This document shows, piece by piece, positions 21,732 to 34,018 of a stretch of DNA of 64,000 nt. Location: NCBI GenBank assembly GCA_040772225.1, contig JAXGYO010000002.1:1200448-1264447 (forward strand). Direction: 5' to 3'. Each line of letters opens with the position of its first letter. The first letter of the stretch is position 1. The translations under genes were made by a program, and so were the position numbers. The notes under the pieces were generated by a model. That model ran no database searches. It saw nothing but the letters and a program-made list of their open reading frames with translations, and was not told the DNA's origin. This DNA is from Anaerolineae bacterium (GTDB lineage: Bacteria > Chloroflexota > Anaerolineae > UBA1429).

Positions 21732-23825
21732 TCATTGCACGCCGAGAATCCGGTTAGATACTTGGACAGGAACACGCCCGTAATAATCGAACTCTAGCGT
21801 AAAAGCACCACGCCCTTGCGTCCCGGACCGCAAGTCTGTGGCATAGCCAAAAGTTTCTGCCAGTGGGATGTGTCCCCGCACAGCGTGCATCCCGCCGATT
21901 CGCGGCTCCATGCCCTCGATCTCACCCCGTCTCGCGTTCAGATCGCCGATCACATCACCGAGGTTCTCCTCGGGAACCATGACCTCGATCCGCATATAAG
22001 GCTCCAGTAGAACGGGGCTCGCTTCCCGGATGGCCTTGTTAAAGGCCATCACGGCAGCGCTCTGCAATGCCCCCTCTGCGCTCTGATCCTCGACATAGCT
22101 GGCGTCGACCAGGTCCACCTGGACATCTACCAGCGGATAGCCCGCCAGTACGCCCCCGGCCATGGCCTCGTGGAGGGCCGCCTCAATGCTCTTGATAAAG
22201 GCCGGTGGAACCCTGCCGGGTACAAGCCCGTCTACGAACTTGAAATCGCCCCCCTTTGGGAGGGGCGTCACCCGCAGCTTGACCCTGGCCTGCAGCGTAT
22301 GTGCTCCGCGCTGAGCCACAAACTCTTCCTCAGCCTCCACAGAACGCGTGATCGTCTCGCGATACGCCACCTGTGGCCGGCCCACCTTGGCCTGCACTTT
22401 GAACTCTCGAATGAGTCGCTCCACAAGAATCTCGAGATGGAGCTCCCCCATGCCAGAAATGATCGTCTGCCCAGAGTTCTCATCCGTACCCACTCGGAAG
22501 GTCGGATCTTCGTCCATTAGAGACTTGAGCGAGTCGATCATACGCGCCTCGTCAGCCGCAGTGCGCGGCTCAATCGCGACATAGATCACTGGCTCCGGAA
22601 AACGGATGGACTCGAGAACGATAGGGTGCGCAGCATCGCAAAGCGTATCGCCTGTGAAGGTAAACTTGAGTCCACCCAATGCGGCGATATCGCCCGCGGT
22701 GACGACATCCACTTCCTCACGCCGATTGGCGTACATCTGAAGCGGCCTGCCGACGCGCTCTCTGCGGTCTTTGGTGGGATTATAGGTCGAGGAGCTGGCG
22801 TGGAGTGTGCCAGAATAAACGCGGAAATAGGCTAATCTTCCAACAAAGGGGTCGGTGACGATCTTGAACACGAGCGCGCAAAACGGCTCCTGTGGATCGG
22901 CATGCCGCACCACCGTTTCCTCACTGCCCGGACGAACCCCCTTGATCGCGGGAACATCGAGCGGAGAAGGAAGATAGTCTACAATGGCGTCCAGAACCGG
23001 CTGTACACCCCGATTGCGCAGCGACGCCCCGCATAGAACGGGAACGAGCTGATTGGCGAGCGTCGCCTTACGCAACGCTGCCCGCAATTCCTCAGCGCTC
23101 AAACCCTCCCCTTCCAGATACTTGTCCAGCAAGACGTCGTCCGTCTCGGCGATGCTCTCAACCAGTATCTGGCGCCTGGACTCTACCAGGTCGACCAATT
23201 CCTCCGGCACAGAACCCACTATAGGTTCTGCGCCCAGTTCGTCCTGGTAAAAGTGGGCTCGTCGATCCAACAGATCGACAAAGCCGACAAAGGAGGACTC
23301 GGCACCGATAGGCACCTGTATCGCCACAGGCACAGCTTCCAGGCGCTCACGAATCATATCGATACTGCGCCAAAAGTCGGCTCCGGCCCTATCCATTTTG
23401 TTAATGAAACAGATTCGCGGAACGCTAAAGCGATCCGCTTGCCTCCAGACCGTTTCGGACTGGGGCTCTACCCCTTGAACACCATCGAAGATAACCACGC
23501 CGCCGTCCAGCACACGCAGGCTGCGCTGCACCTCAGCGGTGAAATCGATGTGTCCGGGCGTATCGATAATGTTAATGCGATGGTCCCGCCAGAAGCAAGT
23601 AACTGCTGCCGAGGCGATCGTAATGCCCCGCTCACGCTCCTGCTCCATCCAGTCGGTGACGGTTGTCCCGTCATCCACGTTTCCCATCCGGTAGGTTCTA
23701 CCGGTGTAGAACAACATCCGTTCGGTGGTCGTCGTCTTGCCCGCATCAATATGGGCGATGATACCTATGTTGCGAACGCGACCCAGTGCTTGTCCTGTCT
23801 CCACCGGTAAACCACCCTTTGCCAT
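21732..23825 (-). CDS. fusA: Elongation factor G
   Basis: 697 aa, [12 protein letters not shown]. Confidence 0.97.
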   Translation of the reverse strand: MAKGGLPVETGQALGRVRNIGIIAHIDAGKTTTTERMLFYTGRTYRMGNVDDGTTVTDWMEQERERGITIASAAVTCFWRDHRINIIDTPGHIDFTAEVQRSLRVLDGGVVIFDGVQGVEPQSETVWRQADRFSVPRICFINKMDRAGADFWRSIDMIRERLEAVPVAIQVPIGAESSFVGFVDLLDRRAHFYQDELGAEPIVGSVPEELVDLVESRRQILVESIAETDDVLLDKYLEGEGLSAEELRAALRKATLANQLVPVLCGASLRNRGVQPVLDAIVDYLPSPLDVPAIKGVRPGSEETVVRHADPQEPFCALVFKIVTDPFVGRLAYFRVYSGTLHASSSTYNPTKDRRERVGRPLQMYANRREEVDVVTAGDIAALGGLKFTFTGDTLCDAAHPIVLESIRFPEPVIYVAIEPRTAADEARMIDSLKSLMDEDPTFRVGTDENSGQTIISGMGELHLEILVERLIREFKVQAKVGRPQVAYRETITRSVEAEEEFVAQRGAHTLQARVKLRVTPLPKGGDFKFVDGLVPGRVPPAFIKSIEAALHEAMAGGVLAGYPLVDVQVDLVDASYVEDQSAEGALQSAAVMAFNKAIREASPVLLEPYMRIEVMVPEENLGDVIGDLNARRGEIEGMEPRIGGMHAVRGHIPLAETFGYATDLRSGTQGRGAFTLEFDYYGRVPVQVSNRILGVQ

Positions 23826-23907
23826 GAACCATCCCTAGGAGGGCTATGCTCACCGCGTAGGCTGGAAACCGAACCGAGACGGACGAGCCGTCAGTGCGGG
23901 CAGCTCC

Positions 23908-24378
23908 CTACCAGCGGTAGTGAGCAAACGCCTTGTTGGCTTCCGCCATGCGATGGGTATCTTCGCGCCTCTTGACGGCGTTTCCAGTATTCTGAGCGGC
24001 GTCCATAAGCTCAGCCGCCAGCTTGTCGGAAAAGGCCTTGCCTGGCCTGCTGCGTGCCGCATCGAGTAGCCAACGCATGGCTAACGAGCTGCGACGATCA
24101 GGAGCCACTTCCACCGGCACCTGGTACGTTGCGCCGCCCACACGTCGAGGCTTGACCTCGATCACAGGGCCGGCATTGCGCATCGCCTGCTCAAAGACTT
24201 CCAGCGGCTGACGACCGGTGCGATCTTCGATCGCATCGAAAGCATCATAAACCAGCCTGGTGGCGGTGCTTCTCTTGCCCCGCTGCATCACCTTGCTGAT
24301 GAATGACGACAATTCACGACTGTGATAGCGCATATCAGGCTTGACTGGCCTTCGCTCTGGCCGATAACGTCTCGGCAT
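23908..24378 (-). CDS. rpsG: 30S ribosomal protein S7
   Basis: 156 aa. Confidence 0.95.
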   Translation of the reverse strand: MPRRYRPERRPVKPDMRYHSRELSSFISKVMQRGKRSTATRLVYDAFDAIEDRTGRQPLEVFEQAMRNAGPVIEVKPRRVGGATYQVPVEVAPDRRSSLAMRWLLDAARSRPGKAFSDKLAAELMDAAQNTGNAVKRREDTHRMAEANKAFAHYRW

Positions 24379-24440
24379 TCCGGATCCTCCTAAACCATCA
24401 ACTCAAAAGCCGACGCATGACACACGGCTGCTGCCGGGAC

Positions 24441-24857
24441 CTACTTGGGCTTTTTGGTTCCGTACTGTGAACGACCGCGAGAGCGACCTTCAACACCCGA
24501 CGCATCCAACGCGCCACGCACGATATGATATCGCACGCCAGGCAAGTCTCTCACGCGACCACCCCGGACCAGAACCACCGAGTGCTCCTGCAAGTTGTGC
24601 CCCTCACCGGGGATATATGCATTCACCTCAACCCCGTTGGAAAGACGCACCCTGGCGATCTTTCGCAGCGCCGAGTTGGGCTTCTTGGGGGTCATGGTGC
24701 GCACAAGCGTGCAAACGCCACGCCGCTGCGGCGAGCTAACCTTGGACTGTGTCCTAATGCCACGAAGCGAGTTATACGAGTAACTCAGCGCAGGTGACTT
24801 GCTCTTGTTCTTGGGCGATTTGCGCCCTTTTCGTATCAACTGATTGATGGTCGGCAC
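24441..24857 (-). CDS. rpsL: 30S ribosomal protein S12
   Basis: [12 protein letters not shown]...[10 protein letters not shown]. Confidence 0.95.
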   Translation of the reverse strand: MPTINQLIRKGRKSPKNKSKSPALSYSYNSLRGIRTQSKVSSPQRRGVCTLVRTMTPKKPNSALRKIARVRLSNGVEVNAYIPGEGHNLQEHSVVLVRGGRVRDLPGVRYHIVRGALDASGVEGRSRGRSQYGTKKPK

Positions 24858-24907
24858 TTGATCCTCCCCGTACCCTCACTCACACGTGTCTCGACTCACG
24901 GTTTTTC

Positions 24908-24936
24908 AGTATAGCAGCGCACCCTGAGACTGTCAA
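24908..24936 (-). promoter_or_regulatory. Putative str-operon promoter (TTGACA-N17-TATACT) in the rpoB/rpsL spacer
   Basis: A consensus -35 and a near-consensus -10 on the reverse strand. Confidence 0.4.
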
Positions 24937-24982
24937 AGAACGCTCACCAGCCCTCAGGCTTTACTCATCCTCTCGCAGACTC

Positions 24983-27900
24983 TCACGATGACGGGCCAAA
25001 TCCAAGACCAAAGCCCAGATTCGGCAAAATATCCACGGTCTCGCCACGGCCAAACTGCATACGCTCACCATCGGCGTTGGCAACCTCAACAGAAAGCCCC
25101 AGCGACTGAAGCTCCTTCACCAGCACCCGGAAGGATTCGGGAATCCCAAATCCCTCGATGGGCTCGCCCTTGACAATCGCCTCGTATGTCTTGACGCGGC
25201 CTGTAACGTCGTCCGACTTGATGGTCAACATTTCTTGCAGCGTGTAGGCCGCACCATAGGCCTCCAGCGCCCACACCTCCATCTCTCCGAAACGCTGTCC
25301 GCCAAACTGGGCCTTACCACCCAACGGCTGCTGCGTCACAAGAGAGTAAGGGCCCGTGGATCGGGCATGCACCTTATCCTGAACCAGGTGCGCCAGCTTT
25401 AGCATATAGATGATACCGACAGTGACGGGCTGATCAAAAGCATCACCTGTCTGGCCGTCATACAGCACCACCTTGCCCGTAGTGGGCAAGGGTAGCTTGG
25501 TCTGACGCCCAACTTCGATAGCCCTCGAATCCACACCCTGCCGATCCAGGCCGCTGACGTCATAGCCCTGATCCTGCAACCAGAGCCTCAAGCACACCTC
25601 GCGGGCGAGATCGTCCAACTCCTGGCGCCGATCGGAGCTAAGGCCACTGTTATCGTAACAGAGCATATCATCGGCCTTGAAGCCCTGGTCTTCCAGCCAA
25701 TAGGCAAGCCAGGTGCGCCGCGCAGTAACATAGTCCGCCAGGATAACGTCAACGTCGCTCGGGTCCATCCCCTTGTCCAGCAAGTACTCGCCCATGTAGA
25801 TATTCCGAGCCTCGGCATCATCACGAAGAGTAGTCGTATCGACATCGTTCTTCGCCAGGAACGGCCAGGCCGCCTGCCCGAGGGCAAACCAGGCGCGATC
25901 GATGAGCCACGCACGGGCCAGCTCGGCAGCGATTTCGTCCTCTGTGGCGCCGTCCGATGTGGGCGTCGCGACACGAATGCCCAGTCTATCGGCCGCCCAT
26001 CCGAGGTGCGTCTCGAGCACCTGGCCCACATTCATGCGGCCAGGCACACCCAGCGGGTTCAGAATAATCTGAACCGGCGTGCCATCCTCCATAAAGGGCA
26101 TGTCCTCGATCGGTACGACCTTGGAGATGACGCCCTTGTTACCGTGGCGGCCGGCCATCTTGTCGCCCTCGGTCAGCTTACGGCGCTGGGCCACGCCCAC
26201 ACGCACGGCACGCTCCACACCGGCGGGCATTTCGCGGTTGTCATCGCGGTCAAAGACCTTGACCTCAACCACTTTACCTTCCTCGCCATGCGGCAGGCGC
26301 AGCGAAGAGTCGCGCACATCTCGCGCTTTTTCGCCAAAGATGGCGCGCAGCAGCTTTTCCTCCGGCGTCAGCTCAGTCTCACCCTTGGGCGTGATCTTGC
26401 CCACGAGGACGTCGTTGGCGCGCACCTCGGCACCAACGTAGATGATGCCCTCATCATCCAGATTAGCGAGCACGTCCTCACCAACGTTCGGGATATCACG
26501 GGTGATTTCTTCAGCACCCAGCTTGGTATCGCGCGCCTCGATCTCGTGCTTTTCCAGGTGAATGGACGTGAACGTGTCTCGACGGACCATCTCTTCACTG
26601 ATCAGGATGGCGTCCTCAAAGTTGCCGCCTTCCCAGGACATGAACGCGCATAGCACATTCTGCCCCAGCGCCAGCTCGCCATCCTCGGTCGAGGACGTGT
26701 CCGCCACGACCTGCCCTGGAACCACATGCTGACCCTTGTCCACGACCGGGTGGTGGTCGATGCAGGTCGACTGGTTCGACCGGTTGTACCGCCGCAGATC
26801 GTGTACTTCCTCGCCTTCAGGCCCGCTGATCACAATGCGTGAGCCGGTCACGCTGGTGACTTCACCCTCGATAGTCGCGGTCACCACCTGACCGGAATCC
26901 AGGGCGGCCCGATACTCCATCCCGGTTCCCACCAGTGGGGCTTCAGCCTGGATTAGCGGCACCGCCTGACGCTGCATGTTGGATCCCATCAGAGCACGGT
27001 TCGCATCGTCATGCTCAAGGAACGGGATCAGCGCGGCGGACACGCCGACAACCTGCTTTGGTGACACATCCATGTAAGAGACCGTATCCACGGAGGCGAT
27101 ACGGAATGTGTCATAAACGCGGGCCGACACCTGCTCTGTGAGGAATTGGCCGAGCTCGTCAATCGGCGAGTTGGCCTGCGCAACCACGTACCGCTCCTCT
27201 TCATCAGCCGAGAGGAACATCACTTGATCGGTCACATACGACCTGACCCGCCACTGCTCGCGGTCCATGGCCGCCATACGATCAGCGAGTTCCGCCGAGA
27301 TTACCTCGCCGGCCTCGGCGAGTATTTCGCCGGTCGATTCGTCCACCACATTCTCACCAAGGATCCGGCCCGTCAGGCGCTCCGCCTCGTTCGGGCAAAT
27401 CCGGGTCACTCGGCGGTACGGCGTCTCGATAAAGCCATACTCGTTGACCTCCGCGAAAGTCGCCAACCGGCCAATCAAGCCGATGTTGGGACCTTCTGGC
27501 GTTTCGATTGGGCAGATGCGTCCATAGTGCGAATAGTGAACGTCGCGCACATCAAAGCCTGCACGGTCGCGCTTGAGACCGCCCGGGCCGAGCGCAGACA
27601 GCGTGCGCTTGTGCGTGAGTTCATCGAGCGGATTGGTCTGCTGCATGAACTGCGACAGCTGGCTTCCGCCAAAGAACTCTCGCAGGACAGCAACCACTGG
27701 CCGCACGTTGATTAGCGAGATCGGCGAGAGCTGGTCTGGATCGCGAATGCTCATCCGCTCACGAACCACGCGCTCCATGCGCAGGAATCCGACACGCAGC
27801 TGATTCTGAATGAGCTCGCCAACGGTCTTGATCCGGCGATTTCCCAGATGATCGATATCGTCCGGGTCCTCGACGCCACTATTGACCTTGATGATCCGCG

Positions 27901-28906
27901 CAACAATATGCACCAGGTCACGCTTGGTGAGCGTACGATGCTTTACAGGGATGTCCAGGCCCAACCGGCGGCTCAGCTTGTAGCGACCCACCCGGCCCAG
28001 GTCGTAACGCCGGGGGCTGAACAGCAACGTCTCGAGATAGTTGCGAGCATTGTCCAAGGTCGCCGGGTCCCCTGGGCGCATCCTACGGTAAAATTCTGAG
28101 ATCGCCTCTTCGGCACTCTTTGTGCTGTCATAGCCGATGGTGGTGCGCATGTAGGAGCGATCGGGATCGTCATCCACATCCTGGAACAGCGCGAGCAGCT
28201 CCTCATCGGAGCCATCGGTAATCGCGACATCATCGATGCCATCAGAGACAGCTCCGAGCGCGCGAAGCAGAATGCTCACCGGGATCTTGCGCTTGCGATC
28301 CACCTTGACCGAGATGATGTCGCGGCGGCTAGTGTCAAACTCGAGCCAGGCGCCCCGATCCGGGATGAGCTTGGCCATGCACATCTGGCGCCCCGTTGCC
28401 CGATCCTCGTCCAGCGTGAAATAGGCCCCGGGAGAGCGGATCAGCTGGCTGACGACAACACGCTCTGCACCATTGATGATAAAGGTGGCATTCTCAGTCA
28501 TCACCGGGAAATCGCCCATGTACACGTCCTGCACGATGGGCTGATCGGTCTCACGATTGTACAGCAGCACCTTGACATACAGCGGGGCCGCGTAGGTGGC
28601 CTCGCGTTCACGGCACTCGTCTTCGGAGTATGGCGGTTCCTCAAAGTGGAACTCTAGATTGAACTCCCCGTTGATCTGCTCATCATACCCGGGAAAGTGC
28701 ATCTCAAGATTCTTGTTAAAGCTGACGATGGGAGAGATCTCATTAAAGAGCTCCCGCATTCCCTCTTCCTGGAACCAGTTAAAGGATTCCTGCTGGGTCT
28801 TGATCAGATCGGGGATATCGTGTACCTCAGGGATACGCGCATAGGACTTGCGCACCTTGAGCCTTCCGTTGAGACTTGAGCCGTGCATTGCTGCTGAGAT
28901 TGTCAT
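24983..28906 (-). CDS. rpoB: DNA-directed RNA polymerase beta subunit. It carries a lineage-specific insertion of about 100 aa near the C-terminal third.
   Basis: 1307 aa with rpoB conserved blocks throughout, and an rpoB-type C-terminus ([32 protein letters not shown]). Confidence 0.97.
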   Translation of the reverse strand: MTISAAMHGSSLNGRLKVRKSYARIPEVHDIPDLIKTQQESFNWFQEEGMRELFNEISPIVSFNKNLEMHFPGYDEQINGEFNLEFHFEEPPYSEDECREREATYAAPLYVKVLLYNRETDQPIVQDVYMGDFPVMTENATFIINGAERVVVSQLIRSPGAYFTLDEDRATGRQMCMAKLIPDRGAWLEFDTSRRDIISVKVDRKRKIPVSILLRALGAVSDGIDDVAITDGSDEELLALFQDVDDDPDRSYMRTTIGYDSTKSAEEAISEFYRRMRPGDPATLDNARNYLETLLFSPRRYDLGRVGRYKLSRRLGLDIPVKHRTLTKRDLVHIVARIIKVNSGVEDPDDIDHLGNRRIKTVGELIQNQLRVGFLRMERVVRERMSIRDPDQLSPISLINVRPVVAVLREFFGGSQLSQFMQQTNPLDELTHKRTLSALGPGGLKRDRAGFDVRDVHYSHYGRICPIETPEGPNIGLIGRLATFAEVNEYGFIETPYRRVTRICPNEAERLTGRILGENVVDESTGEILAEAGEVISAELADRMAAMDREQWRVRSYVTDQVMFLSADEEERYVVAQANSPIDELGQFLTEQVSARVYDTFRIASVDTVSYMDVSPKQVVGVSAALIPFLEHDDANRALMGSNMQRQAVPLIQAEAPLVGTGMEYRAALDSGQVVTATIEGEVTSVTGSRIVISGPEGEEVHDLRRYNRSNQSTCIDHHPVVDKGQHVVPGQVVADTSSTEDGELALGQNVLCAFMSWEGGNFEDAILISEEMVRRDTFTSIHLEKHEIEARDTKLGAEEITRDIPNVGEDVLANLDDEGIIYVGAEVRANDVLVGKITPKGETELTPEEKLLRAIFGEKARDVRDSSLRLPHGEEGKVVEVKVFDRDDNREMPAGVERAVRVGVAQRRKLTEGDKMAGRHGNKGVISKVVPIEDMPFMEDGTPVQIILNPLGVPGRMNVGQVLETHLGWAADRLGIRVATPTSDGATEDEIAAELARAWLIDRAWFALGQAAWPFLAKNDVDTTTLRDDAEARNIYMGEYLLDKGMDPSDVDVILADYVTARRTWLAYWLEDQGFKADDMLCYDNSGLSSDRRQELDDLAREVCLRLWLQDQGYDVSGLDRQGVDSRAIEVGRQTKLPLPTTGKVVLYDGQTGDAFDQPVTVGIIYMLKLAHLVQDKVHARSTGPYSLVTQQPLGGKAQFGGQRFGEMEVWALEAYGAAYTLQEMLTIKSDDVTGRVKTYEAIVKGEPIEGFGIPESFRVLVKELQSLGLSVEVANADGERMQFGRGETVDILPNLGFGLGFGPSS

Positions 28907-29147
28907 ATAGTGTCGCTCTCCTTGAGAAGAAGTCTACCCCAGGCAGGGGCACTCTTCGCTCGCCTGGATACTGGCCGTCTACGCCGAAACGGCAAGCCAG
29001 AGCTGCCCTCTGATATAAGTGTCAGAATGCAACTGTGCTTGCCCGAAAAGAGTGGGAATTCGTCCTTGCAGAAACGGTAGAATGTGCGATGACCTCGCGT
29101 TCACGCCGGTGACATGGGCATCCGATCCTGCCAACTAGCGAAAAGAG

Positions 29148-29175
29148 ATTATACCACGCCCCTGTTCAGTGTCAA
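29148..29175 (-). promoter_or_regulatory. Perfect-consensus sigma70 promoter (TTGACA-N16-TGgTATAAT) about 235 nt upstream of the rpoB ATG
   Basis: Read on the reverse strand in the AT-richer nrdR/rpoB spacer. Confidence 0.45.
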
Positions 29176-29234
29176 GTTGGCGGAACATGCTTTATGTCCG
29201 CACATTACCGCTACGGCAGTGCTCCAGAGCGGGA

Positions 29235-29696
29235 TCACGGGTCGCTTGAACGCCGGTCCATGAGGTCGTCGACCTCGCGCTTGAGCGCCGCGAGATCGGA
29301 GAATGACCGGTAGACAGAGGCGAACCGCACATAGGCGACCTCATCGAGTTCCCTGAGTCGATCGATGACCATTTCGCCGATCAGGCGGCTGGGCACCTCC
29401 GCCTTTCCCAGATTGTACAGGCCGGTCTCTACGTTGGTGACCAGTTGCTCAATATCCTCACTGGAGATCGGCCGCTTGGTACAGGCGCGAAGCACACCGT
29501 CGAACAGCTTCTGCCGGTCGAACGGCTCGCGCCGGCCATCGCGCTTGACAACCAGCAGGTTCACTTTGGCCACCTGCTCGTAGGTCGTAAACCGCTGTTT
29601 ACAGCCCTGGCACTCGCGTCGCCGGCGGATGCCATCCCCGACTTCACGGGTATCCAATACGCGGGAATCTGTGCTTGCGCAAAACGGACACTTCAT
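29235..29696 (-). CDS. nrdR: Transcriptional repressor NrdR, with a zinc ribbon and an ATP-cone
   Basis: [17 protein letters not shown]...[12 protein letters not shown]. Confidence 0.9.
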   Translation of the reverse strand: MKCPFCASTDSRVLDTREVGDGIRRRRECQGCKQRFTTYEQVAKVNLLVVKRDGRREPFDRQKLFDGVLRACTKRPISSEDIEQLVTNVETGLYNLGKAEVPSRLIGEMVIDRLRELDEVAYVRFASVYRSFSDLAALKREVDDLMDRRSSDP

Positions 29697-29709
29697 CGGC
29701 GCTACCGCC

Positions 29710-30825
29710 TTACTTTCTGCGCGACTTGTGTCTCAAGAAGGGCGGGATATCCCAGTCGTCTGCATCCGCATTCTGTGCGGGAAATTCTACCACGCGGCTC
29801 CTGGTTCTGGAATCCTGTGGCTCCTTTGGCGCCGCCGAACGCACCACAGCAGCCGCGGAGCGAGGCTGCCCGTCAAAGCCAGTGGCGATAACTGTGATCT
29901 GAATCGCATCGCTGAGCGTCTGATCAACGGCTGCACCAAAGATGATATTCGCTTCCTGATCCACCATTTTGCGGATCACCTCGGCAGCATCATTGACCTC
30001 AAACAGTGTCATGTTGGCGCTGCCCTTGATGTTAAAGAGCACGCCACGAGCGCCATCGATGCTGATATCCAGCAACTGGCTATTGACAGCCTGCATGGCG
30101 GCGTCCACGGCCCGGTGCTCTCCTTTACCCTGGCCAATGGCCATGAGTGCTGAGCCGCCATTGCCCATGATCGAGCGCACATCGTTAAAGTCCACGTTCA
30201 CGAGTCCCGTGCCCGTGATGAGATCCGATACACCCTGGATGCCTTGCCGCAGCAGGTCGTCAGCCGTCAGGAAAGCGTCCTTGACTGAAGCGCGCGGGTC
30301 AATAATCTGCAATAGGCGATCATTGGGGATGACCACAAGCGTGTCAACCTGCTCCCGGAGCTTGGTGATGCCTTCCAGGGCCAGTGTCGCGCGCCGCCCG
30401 CCCTCAAAGCCAAAGGGCCGCGTTACCACCGAGACGGTCAACGCCCCCATCTCCTTGGCGAGGGACGCCACCACTGGCGCGCCACCAGTGCCGGTTCCGC
30501 CACCCATGCCAGCGGTTACGAACACCATGTCTGCGCCCTCAAGCAGTTCCTTGATGCGCCCGGCAGACTCTTCCGCGGCCTTTGCGCCCAGCGCCGGGTC
30601 GCCACCACACCCCAGGCCGCGTGTCGCCTTCTCGCCCAGGCGCAGCCGGGTCGGCGCCTGCGAGTTTGCCAGCGCCTGCCCGTCGGTGTTTAGTGCAATA
30701 AACTCTACGCCGCGCACGCCTACCTCGATCATGCGATCGACGGCGTTGGAGCCACCCCCACCAACGCCTACGACCTTTATCTCTGCGTTACTTCCAAGAT
30801 CGAACCGTGAATCAATCATTCCCAC
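29710..30825 (-). CDS. ftsZ: Cell division GTPase FtsZ
   Basis: [17 protein letters not shown] tubulin motif. Confidence 0.97.
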   Translation of the reverse strand: MGMIDSRFDLGSNAEIKVVGVGGGGSNAVDRMIEVGVRGVEFIALNTDGQALANSQAPTRLRLGEKATRGLGCGGDPALGAKAAEESAGRIKELLEGADMVFVTAGMGGGTGTGGAPVVASLAKEMGALTVSVVTRPFGFEGGRRATLALEGITKLREQVDTLVVIPNDRLLQIIDPRASVKDAFLTADDLLRQGIQGVSDLITGTGLVNVDFNDVRSIMGNGGSALMAIGQGKGEHRAVDAAMQAVNSQLLDISIDGARGVLFNIKGSANMTLFEVNDAAEVIRKMVDQEANIIFGAAVDQTLSDAIQITVIATGFDGQPRSAAAVVRSAAPKEPQDSRTRSRVVEFPAQNADADDWDIPPFLRHKSRRK

Positions 30826-30848
30826 CCCCTGTTCTTTACGGCCACTGC

Positions 30849-32075
30849 TCAGGGCATCAACTTGCGGAATAGGCTACGCAACCACCCTCTAACTGACCGA
30901 TCAGCACGCAACACTGCCGGCTCTGACTTTTCGCTAGCCGCCTTCATCCCCCAGAGTAACAGACCAACTGCTGTCGCATAAGCCGGGTTGCTGATTGCTT
31001 CGACCACGCCATGCAGCCGGTGCGGGGTGCCCAGCCGCACTGGCATCTGCAACTCCCGCGACGCAACCTCCCGAATGCCTCGCAGGTCCGCCGTGCCACC
31101 AGTTAACACGATTCCTGCCGGGAGCAGGTCCTCATATCCAGACCGCTTGATGTCGCGAGCGATGAGGCTGAACATCTCCGCCACTCTCGCTTCGACGATC
31201 TGGCAGAGCTCCCGCCTCGAGAGCTTGGCCATGTTCTCATGTCCGAACACCGAGAGCTCGATTACCTCGGCCTCGTCTACCTCGTTTGGAACGGCATGCG
31301 CGTAGCGCACCTTGGCCTCCTCTGCGGAGGTAAAGGGCGTGCGCAGCAGCAGTGCAATATCGTTAGAGATGTGATTTCCGCCCAAGTCAAAGACCATCGT
31401 CTCCCAAACACTGCCTTCCAGATAAGTCGCCAGATCGGTGGTCCCTCCGCCAATGTCGATCAAAACCACGCCCATCCGGCCTTCTTCCTCGTTGAGCACC
31501 GCGAGCGCTGAGGCCAGAGGCTGAAAGACCGACTCGACAACCTTGATCTGGTTGCGCTCGACACAATGCTCGAGGTTCTGGATGCAGGTCTCTGAACCTG
31601 TGACGATGTGCGCCTCGACCTCCAGACGGTAGCCCATCAACCCGATCGGGTTCTTGATGCCCGCCTGCCCATCGATGATATACTCGCGCGGAATCGTGTG
31701 CAGGATACGCCGGTTATGCGGCCTGGCGATGGCCTCTGCATCCTCCATCACCCGCTCAATATCCTCACGATCGACGGGGCGATCTCCCCTGCCAATCGAC
31801 ACCGCTCCCCGGCTGTTCTGTGAGGAGATGTGGCTGCCACTGATACCCAGGTAGGCCTCGGAAATTGTATAGTGGGCCATGTTCTGGGCTTTGCGCACCG
31901 ATTCCTCGATCGAGCGCGTGGCAATATCGACGTCCGTAATGACGCCCCGGCGTACCCCGCGGGAGGGCACCACGCCCATGCCAATCACATTCAGCAGACC
32001 ATTCTCCCCTACCCTTCCGATCAGGGTGCAGATCTTGGTCGATCCAACATCGATTCCTGCGATAATGCGTTCCAC
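30849..32075 (-). CDS. ftsA: Cell division protein FtsA
   Basis: 408 aa with an actin-like ATPase (DIGGGTTD). Confidence 0.9.
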   Translation of the reverse strand: MERIIAGIDVGSTKICTLIGRVGENGLLNVIGMGVVPSRGVRRGVITDVDIATRSIEESVRKAQNMAHYTISEAYLGISGSHISSQNSRGAVSIGRGDRPVDREDIERVMEDAEAIARPHNRRILHTIPREYIIDGQAGIKNPIGLMGYRLEVEAHIVTGSETCIQNLEHCVERNQIKVVESVFQPLASALAVLNEEEGRMGVVLIDIGGGTTDLATYLEGSVWETMVFDLGGNHISNDIALLLRTPFTSAEEAKVRYAHAVPNEVDEAEVIELSVFGHENMAKLSRRELCQIVEARVAEMFSLIARDIKRSGYEDLLPAGIVLTGGTADLRGIREVASRELQMPVRLGTPHRLHGVVEAISNPAYATAVGLLLWGMKAASEKSEPAVLRADRSVRGWLRSLFRKLMP

Positions 32076-32089
32076 GCTGAACGTGCCTC

Positions 32090-32890
32090 CTAGCCCGAAC
32101 CCATCTTGATGGCAGGGCGTTGCTCATTCTTTAGATCTATATAGACCACCTCTGCGCTCTCGGTCGCCAGCGCAGCCGTGAGCTCACGGAGCACTGCCAC
32201 CTTGTACGCGGGGTTGCCATCGGAACCGAGATAGACAGGCCATCGTTCTGTGGTAACAAAGACGATAAGCCCATCTTCAAGAGTGTACTCGAAATCGCTC
32301 ACGGCGGGCAGCGCTGCAATCGTCTCGCGTACATACTCCCAGGGAACGCCAGCAATCCTGCTTCCGATCGAAACATCCAGACCGCTCCGGTCGTGCACGA
32401 TAGGCAGCTCGCCGTGCCCCCCGGCCAGGCTCAGCACACGCCCGTCGTTATCAAGCCACCAGTAGCTTCCCTGTCGCTCCCAGAGTAGCATGGCGCTCTT
32501 TTCTGTCACCTGGATAGTCACCCGGTCCGGCAGCCTGGTCTGTACGCGAACCCGATCAAAGCAGCCAAAGCGTGCCGATAGCTCCGACGCCACTGCGCGG
32601 CTGTTCAGTAAAAAGATCGGCCTGCCAGCGAGTCCCGCCTCGGCGATAATCTCTTGCTCGTCGACCAGCGTTGCCCCCTTGACAGCGACGCTCCGCACCT
32701 GAAAGCGATCGTCCCAGAGGAACACCCCCAACAGCACGCAGGAGAGCAGCAGCAGAAAGATGCTCGCGGCCCAGCCGGAGCGCGGCGAGGTATTTCGGTC
32801 TGCGCCGGAATTTCCGCCGTGAACCGTCAGGGCGTCGGCCATGCGTCGTGTCTGTGAACGTGTTGTCCGCCTCTGTATGCGTCTAGCCAT
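32090..32890 (-). CDS. ftsQ: Cell division protein FtsQ/DivIB
   Basis: A single TM segment followed by a POTRA-like domain. Confidence 0.8.
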   Translation of the reverse strand: MARRIQRRTTRSQTRRMADALTVHGGNSGADRNTSPRSGWAASIFLLLLSCVLLGVFLWDDRFQVRSVAVKGATLVDEQEIIAEAGLAGRPIFLLNSRAVASELSARFGCFDRVRVQTRLPDRVTIQVTEKSAMLLWERQGSYWWLDNDGRVLSLAGGHGELPIVHDRSGLDVSIGSRIAGVPWEYVRETIAALPAVSDFEYTLEDGLIVFVTTERWPVYLGSDGNPAYKVAVLRELTAALATESAEVVYIDLKNEQRPAIKMGSG

Positions 32891-32898
32891 TCGTCATC

Positions 32899-34014
32899 CT
32901 AATGGTCGAACTCGTAGCGTGTCTGCGAGCGGTCTTTGTCCTCGCGCCGCTCGATCGCAAGCTCAATCAACCGGTCCAGTAACTGCGGATAGGGCAACCC
33001 GCTCGCTGCCCACAGCTTGGGGTACATGCTGATCTCGGTAAATCCCGGTATCGTGTTCAATTCGTTCACATACAGCGCGCTCGAGAGCCGGTCAAGGAAA
33101 AAGTCCACGCGTGCCATCCCTGCGCAGTCGATCGCTGTGAAGGCACGTATCGCCAATGACTGGACCTCACACGTTTGCTCCTCAGAGAGCCGGGCAGGAA
33201 TCTCGAGCCCGGAGGCATTGTCCAGGTATTTGGCGCTATAGTCGTAAAACTCATTGGACGGAATGACTTCTCCTGGCAGGGAAGCGATCGGGTCATCGTT
33301 GCCCAGCACGCTGCACTCAATCTCGCGGGCATCGATGCCTGCCTCCACGAGCACTTTGCGGTCAAAGCGCGCGGCCAGATCCAGTCCCTGACGGAGTTCC
33401 TCGCGATTGTGGGCCTTGGCCACGCCCACGCTGGAGCCTGCGTTGGCAGGCTTGGTGAACACCGGATACGCCAGTCTGGCCTCTATCTCGGCGAGAACCC
33501 TGTCCGGCTCTGATAACCAGCTCGAGCGCAGCACCGGCACATAGTCTACGATGGGCAGACCATGGGCCTTGAGCACCGCCTTTTGGACGATCTTGTCCAT
33601 GCCAACGGCGGACCCCAGCACACCTGCTCCAACATAGGCCAGGTCTGCGAGCTCGAGCAGCCCTTGTACCGTACCATCCTCCCCGTAGGTCCCATGCAGC
33701 ACGGGGATCACCACATCAACCACGGGGAAATGTGCGTTGGCCGTGCCCGGTACCAGTTCTCGCCCGCCCTGCACGGCGGGCAAATCGTGGTTCGCGAGTT
33801 CGCCGGGCAGAGCCAGGCCGTCCTCACCTGCTGCCAGCAACGCCATCGGATCGCCCTGCGCAATCCAGCGTCCAGAGCGATCGATCCCAACGGGATAGAT
33901 CTCATACCTGGATTTGTCCAAAGCGTCCATCACGGAGCGGGCGGACGCGAGGGATACCTCGTGTTCACCAGATCGACCGCCGAACAGCACCGCGACCCGA
34001 ATCTTGGCCATCAT
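32899..34014 (-). CDS. ddl: D-alanine--D-alanine ligase. The start is trimmed to MMAKIRVAVLFGG.
   Basis: ATP-grasp fold, AVLFGGRSGEHEVSL. Confidence 0.9.
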   Translation of the reverse strand: MMAKIRVAVLFGGRSGEHEVSLASARSVMDALDKSRYEIYPVGIDRSGRWIAQGDPMALLAAGEDGLALPGELANHDLPAVQGGRELVPGTANAHFPVVDVVIPVLHGTYGEDGTVQGLLELADLAYVGAGVLGSAVGMDKIVQKAVLKAHGLPIVDYVPVLRSSWLSEPDRVLAEIEARLAYPVFTKPANAGSSVGVAKAHNREELRQGLDLAARFDRKVLVEAGIDAREIECSVLGNDDPIASLPGEVIPSNEFYDYSAKYLDNASGLEIPARLSEEQTCEVQSLAIRAFTAIDCAGMARVDFFLDRLSSALYVNELNTIPGFTEISMYPKLWAASGLPYPQLLDRLIELAIERREDKDRSQTRYEFDH

Positions 34015-34018
34015 CCGC

